The position numbers were made by a program, and so were the translations under genes. From assembly GCA_038320275.1 (NCBI GenBank), contig JBBQEB010000127.1, forward strand, positions 1 through 11,230: DNA of 11,230 bases, read 5' to 3'. Below, in pieces: positions 8,158-11,230 of the stretch. This DNA comes from Myxococcales bacterium (GTDB taxonomy: Bacteria > Myxococcota > Myxococcia > Myxococcales > Anaeromyxobacteraceae). The notes under the pieces are model-generated. The model was not told the DNA's origin. It made no database searches and was given only the letters and a program-made list of their open reading frames with translations. Position 1 is the first letter of the stretch. Every line of letters begins with the position of its first letter.

Positions 8158-8162
8158 GAATT

Positions 8163-8168
8163 CCTCCT
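8163..8168 (-). promoter_or_regulatory. Shine-Dalgarno AGGAGG of the beta-barrel gene
   Basis: Minus strand reads acAGGAGGaattcATG. Confidence 0.8.
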
Positions 8169-8329
8169 GTCGAGGAAGCTAGGCACCCGGCCTCCCAGGG
8201 GGGAGGCCCTGCGTCTCGCAGCGCGAAGAGGCTCGAAGCGGGCGGACGGGCTGGGCGGGCCACCGCCAACACGGTCGGCCCCCGCCGGGCCCGCCGTGGC
8301 GTTCTTCCAGCCGGTATGTTCATGCGAAG

Positions 8330-9331
8330 ATGCCGGCGCCCCCTCCAGCCGCGCCCCTCCACGCGTCCGAGCTCGGTCGACTCGCCTCGCGCGAGAGGTT
8401 GCCCGGCCACGCCGCGCGCCTCGTCGCGATGACGTCGCAGCTCCGCGCCGAGGGGCGGGATGCGGTCGAGATCGGGGCGGAGGTCGCCCGTGCGGGCGAC
8501 GCGCTGGTGCGGGCGGTCCTGGGCTGGGCGGAGGCGGAGGCGGGACGCGCGCCCGCGCCCTACGCCTGGCTCGCCCTCGGCTCGGAGGGGCGGCGGGAGC
8601 AGGTGCTGCCCACCGATCAAGACAGCGCGCTCGTGCATGGCGGAGGGGACGCCGAGCAGCCCTGGTTCGCCCGCCTCGCCGCGCGCGCCGGAGCGGACCT
8701 CGCTGCCGCGGGCCTTCCGCCGTGCCCAGGGGGCTTCATGGCGAGCCGCTGGCACGGGTCGCTCGAGCGCTGGGAGGAGCGCGCGCGGGGCTGGCTCGCC
8801 CGACCCACTCCGCAGGCGCTCCTCGAGGCGGCCATCTTTTCCGACCGGCGTATGGTGCAGGGCGCGCTGGACCTGGCGCCCTTGCGCGCGGTCTTCCAGA
8901 GCGCGCGGGGCGAGCCTGCCTTCATCGCCGGACTCATCCGCGCCGCGCTCGCGTTCCGGCCACCCTCCGCGCTCGCGCTCCACCGGCGGGGCCGGTTTGA
9001 CCCCAAGCTCGAGGGCACTGCACCTGTCGTGCTCCTCGCGCGCGCCCTGGCACTGGCCGTCGGCTCCGGCGCGTGCGGCACGCTCGAACGGCTCGATGCG
9101 CTGGCCGAGGCGGGCGCGCTGGCGCCGGATGCCCGGGACGGGCTGCGGGAAGCGTACCGGTTCCTGCTGGGGCTGCGCCTCTCGGCGGGATTGGGCGAGG
9201 GTGGCGCGGAGGAGCGCGGGGTCGCTCTCGACGCGCTCGCTCCCGAGGACCGGGCTCACCTGCGCGATGCGCTCCGGTCGGTGCGGCGCTGGCAGCGCGC
9301 CTCGGCCTCGCAGCTGGCCGGCGGCGCATGA
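8330..9331 (+). CDS. DUF294 putative nucleotidyltransferase (DUF294 + DUF294_C), without cNMP or CBS domains
   Basis: YAWLALGSEGRREQVLPTDQD (GS...DxD NTase motif), CPGGFMAS.W, AAIFSDRR and FDPKLEG...T.ERL...EAYRFLLGLRL. Confidence 0.88.
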   Translation: MPAPPPAAPLHASELGRLASRERLPGHAARLVAMTSQLRAEGRDAVEIGAEVARAGDALVRAVLGWAEAEAGRAPAPYAWLALGSEGRREQVLPTDQDSALVHGGGDAEQPWFARLAARAGADLAAAGLPPCPGGFMASRWHGSLERWEERARGWLARPTPQALLEAAIFSDRRMVQGALDLAPLRAVFQSARGEPAFIAGLIRAALAFRPPSALALHRRGRFDPKLEGTAPVVLLARALALAVGSGACGTLERLDALAEAGALAPDARDGLREAYRFLLGLRLSAGLGEGGAEERGVALDALAPEDRAHLRDALRSVRRWQRASASQLAGGA

Positions 9332-9423
9332 CGCACCCGAGCGCCTTCGCAACCGGCCCCGGCAGGCCGGCGACCTGCCCCCCGGCGCCCAGGGAGTGGC
9401 GCCGAAAGGCGAGCCCATCGAGA

Positions 9424-9615
9424 TCAGGGACCCTGCGCGACGAGGTCTCCTTGCGAGAGGCGCGCGTCACCCGCCTGCGCGGTGGCCTGCGCGGCCGACC
9501 GCGCCGCCGCCCGCGCGACGAGCTCCGCCGCGGCGGGTCCCGGCGCGGCGACCTGGAGGAGGAAACCCGCTTCCAGGGCGAGGGAAAAGAGGATGATGGC
9601 GATGGCTTTCTTCAT
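9424..9615 (-). CDS. Small (63 aa) hypothetical protein with an N-terminal signal or TM segment
   Basis: MKKAIAIILFSLALEAGFLLQVAAP followed by an Ala-rich tail. GGAG SD precedes ATG 9615. Confidence 0.65.
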   Translation of the reverse strand: MKKAIAIILFSLALEAGFLLQVAAPGPAAAELVARAAARSAAQATAQAGDARLSQGDLVAQGP

Positions 9616-9640
9616 GGTCGCGTCTCCGTTCACGGGGGCC

Positions 9641-9666
9641 TACGGCGGCGCGGGCGCAACTATTTC
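9641..9666 (-). promoter_or_regulatory. Candidate ECF-sigma promoter (GAAAT-N17-CGTA) for the 63-aa gene
   Basis: Minus strand gcGAAATagttgcgcccgcgccgcCGTAgg ends 25 nt before the ATG. It resembles the ECF -35 AAC / -10 CGT layout. Confidence 0.35.
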
Positions 9667-9751
9667 GCGCTCCGGATGGGGACGCTGCCCTCGCGGGCGA
9701 CCCGGCGAACAGGGGGGTCCTCCTGCGGCCTGGAATGGGCATCTTCAGGAG

Positions 9752-9994
9752 ATGGACGCAGACAAGAAGCAGCGCGAGCGCGAGCTCGACATCCGACGCG
9801 AGGGCGAAAAGAAGGATCTCGAGGTGGAGCGCACCATCGGGCAGCGACCACTGGAGGGGCTCTCGTCCGGCGGTCACACCACCTGGACCGGGGAGCAGGA
9901 CGACGCCGCGGCCGCCACCGTGCACGAGAACGACGAGCGCGTTTCGCGCGAGGCCTCCGAGCGGCAGATCCCGGCGGAGCCCAAGAAGTCGTAG
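9752..9994 (+). CDS. Small (80 aa) highly charged hypothetical protein
   Basis: MDADKKQRERELDIRREGEKKDLEVERTIGQRPLEG...PKKS. It has G/C-ending codons, is Lys/Glu/Asp-rich unlike the shadow ORFs, and fills an intergenic gap. Confidence 0.75.
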   Translation: MDADKKQRERELDIRREGEKKDLEVERTIGQRPLEGLSSGGHTTWTGEQDDAAAATVHENDERVSREASERQIPAEPKKS

Positions 9995-10037
9995 GGACTC
10001 GCCCGACGCTCTCCCCGCGTCCCCCCGGCGCCGAAGT

Positions 10038-10955
10038 CTAGAACCGGGCGCCTACGCGGGCGAGCTCCTCCTCCAAGGCATCGAAGTCCGGCAGGTAGCG
10101 GCCGCCGCCCCCGCGCAGGGCCACCGCGAGCGCCTCGTGGGGAGGGCCGCCCAGCCAGAGCTCCACGCTGCGCGGCAGGCTCGCCGAGAGGGCGCGCACC
10201 GCATCCTCCGCGCCCTGCGTGCCCTCGGCGCACATGGCGGCGAGCACGACCGCGCGCGCACCGCAGCGCCGGGCCGCGGTGGCGATCTCGTCCGCTGGGA
10301 GCTCCGGGCCCAGGTACACCGCGCCGAGCCCGCCCGCCACGGCAAGCATCGCCGCCGCCAGAAGTCCCAGCTCGTGTCGCTCGCCGGGAGGCGTGGCGAA
10401 CACCAGCGTCACGCGCGGCTCTTCCGGCGCGTGCAGCCGCAGGAGCGAACCCAGGAGGCTCCGGATCGTCGCCGAGGCGAGGTGCTCCTGCGCGATGGAG
10501 AGCCCCCCGCGACACCAGGCGACCCCCACCAGCCTGAGCAGCGGCAGCACCACCTCGCGCACGAAGGGGCGGGGCGGCATCAGCGTCGCGAAGCGTTGCA
10601 GCTCTCGCTGCACCAGAGGGCCATCGAAGCGTTCCAGGGCGCTCGTCAGGTCCTGAAGCCCCGGCACGCCTTCCGAGCGGTGAGCAGCCGGACTCATCCG
10701 TTCGCCGGGATCGGTCTCCAGCGCTCGCAGGTCGTCCTCGCCCAGGGTGGCGAGCCGCCCGATGGCGTGGCCATGGTCCACGAGCTTGCGCAGGAGACGC
10801 AGCTTTCGGACGTCCGCCTCGCTGTACATGCGCCCGCGCCCATCCCGGCCCGGATCGACGATGCGGTAGCGCCTCTCCCAGGCACGAAGCGTCTCGACCG
10901 CGATGCCGGTGAGCTTGGCTACTGCACCGATCGGGTAGCGGGGATTATCGGCCAA
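10038..10955 (-). CDS. carH: CarH/LitR-type MerR-family regulator with an adenosylcobalamin-binding domain (B12 photoreceptor repressor)
   Basis: MerR HTH YPIGAVAKLTGIAVETLRAWERRY...R.YS. Also W-x9-EH (WCRGGLSIAQEH), ExHxxG (ERHELG), YLGP and a terminal LWLGG. Start TTG 10955 with GGAG at 10961-10964. Confidence 0.88.
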   Translation of the reverse strand: MADNPRYPIGAVAKLTGIAVETLRAWERRYRIVDPGRDGRGRMYSEADVRKLRLLRKLVDHGHAIGRLATLGEDDLRALETDPGERMSPAAHRSEGVPGLQDLTSALERFDGPLVQRELQRFATLMPPRPFVREVVLPLLRLVGVAWCRGGLSIAQEHLASATIRSLLGSLLRLHAPEEPRVTLVFATPPGERHELGLLAAAMLAVAGGLGAVYLGPELPADEIATAARRCGARAVVLAAMCAEGTQGAEDAVRALSASLPRSVELWLGGPPHEALAVALRGGGGRYLPDFDALEEELARVGARF

Positions 10956-11018
10956 GGGGTCTCCGCCCGGGGGTGTAGCGGGGCAGTGATCGAGGCGCCA
11001 TGTGTCTGTGGGTGATTT

Positions 11019-11052
11019 GACCTGGACAAGAGTAGTACAACGCTGGTATAGA
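11019..11052 (+). promoter_or_regulatory. Putative CarH operator (11-bp direct repeats) overlapping a sigma70-type promoter
   Basis: GACCTGGACAA | GAGTAGTACAA | CGCTGGTATAG, with ACA/ACA/ATA spaced exactly 11 bp apart. Candidate -35 TGGACA at 11023-11028 and extended -10 TGgTATAGA at 11044-11052. Confidence 0.65.
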
Positions 11053-11058
11053 GGCTCC

Positions 11059-11230
11059 ATGGCAACCATCCATCGGCTTCATCAGCGTCAGTTCGTGCCG
11101 CGCCCACGGGACGAGGTCTTCGCCTTCTTCTCGGAAGCGCGAAACCTGGAGGTCCTCACCCCAGACTTCCTGGGGTTCCAGATCCTCACCCCTGGCCCGG
11201 TCGAGATGCGCGCGGGAGCGCTCATCGACT
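11059..11230 (+). CDS. SRPBCC (START-like) family protein, 5' part (truncated by the window edge)
   Basis: Manual translation MATIHRLHQRQFVPRPRDEVFAFFSEARNLEVLTPDFLGFQILTPGPVEMRAGALID matches the P.eeVFaFF....NL..lTP N-terminus of COG4276-type SRPBCC proteins. Confidence 0.85.
   Translation, partial: MATIHRLHQRQFVPRPRDEVFAFFSEARNLEVLTPDFLGFQILTPGPVEMRAGALID

Noticed and set aside
8297..8311. Sigma54-like TGGC...GC upstream of the DUF294 gene
   Set aside because: GG-N10-GC spacing fits, but the -12 element is CAGC rather than TTGC. Such matches are common by chance in GC-rich DNA.
8330..9331. CBASS cyclase or MNT-HEPN toxin-antitoxin interpretation of the NTase
   Set aside because: The motifs are DUF294-specific, and no effector or HEPN gene is adjacent.
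1848..11015. Long ORFs 1848..4484, 3890..6733, 7294..9000, 7595..9418 and 9735..11015
   Set aside because: They are Arg/Gly/Pro/Ala-rich, lack motifs and overlap well-supported genes, so they are shadow ORFs.
10956..11069. Extended N-terminus of CarH as given in the ORF track
   Set aside because: It would span the operator/promoter region and overlap the SRPBCC start. TTG 10955 has an SD and directly precedes the HTH.

Overview
Very GC-rich bacterial DNA. Gene content and style suggest a myxobacterium such as Anaeromyxobacter, but that is inference. Left to right: the 5' part of sucA (minus strand, runs off the left edge, absent from the ORF track); a divergent class I SAM methyltransferase; a minus-strand run of outer-membrane beta-barrel, pentapeptide-repeat protein, atypical Lgt-family protein, large J-domain/Zn-ribbon protein and Acg-type nitroreductase; a stand-alone DUF294 nucleotidyltransferase; two small hypothetical proteins; and a CarH/LitR-type B12-dependent MerR photoreceptor divergent from an SRPBCC gene, with 11-bp-phased CarH-like operator repeats between them. 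No mobile element, CRISPR array, tRNA or rRNA was seen. The most interesting signals are the CarH-operator-SRPBCC module, the Lgt paralogue coupled to a J-domain/Zn-ribbon protein with a possible beta-grasp C-terminus, and a -10-like hexamer exactly 6 nt before five start codons, which suggests leaderless transcripts. None of these is proven to be a new system.
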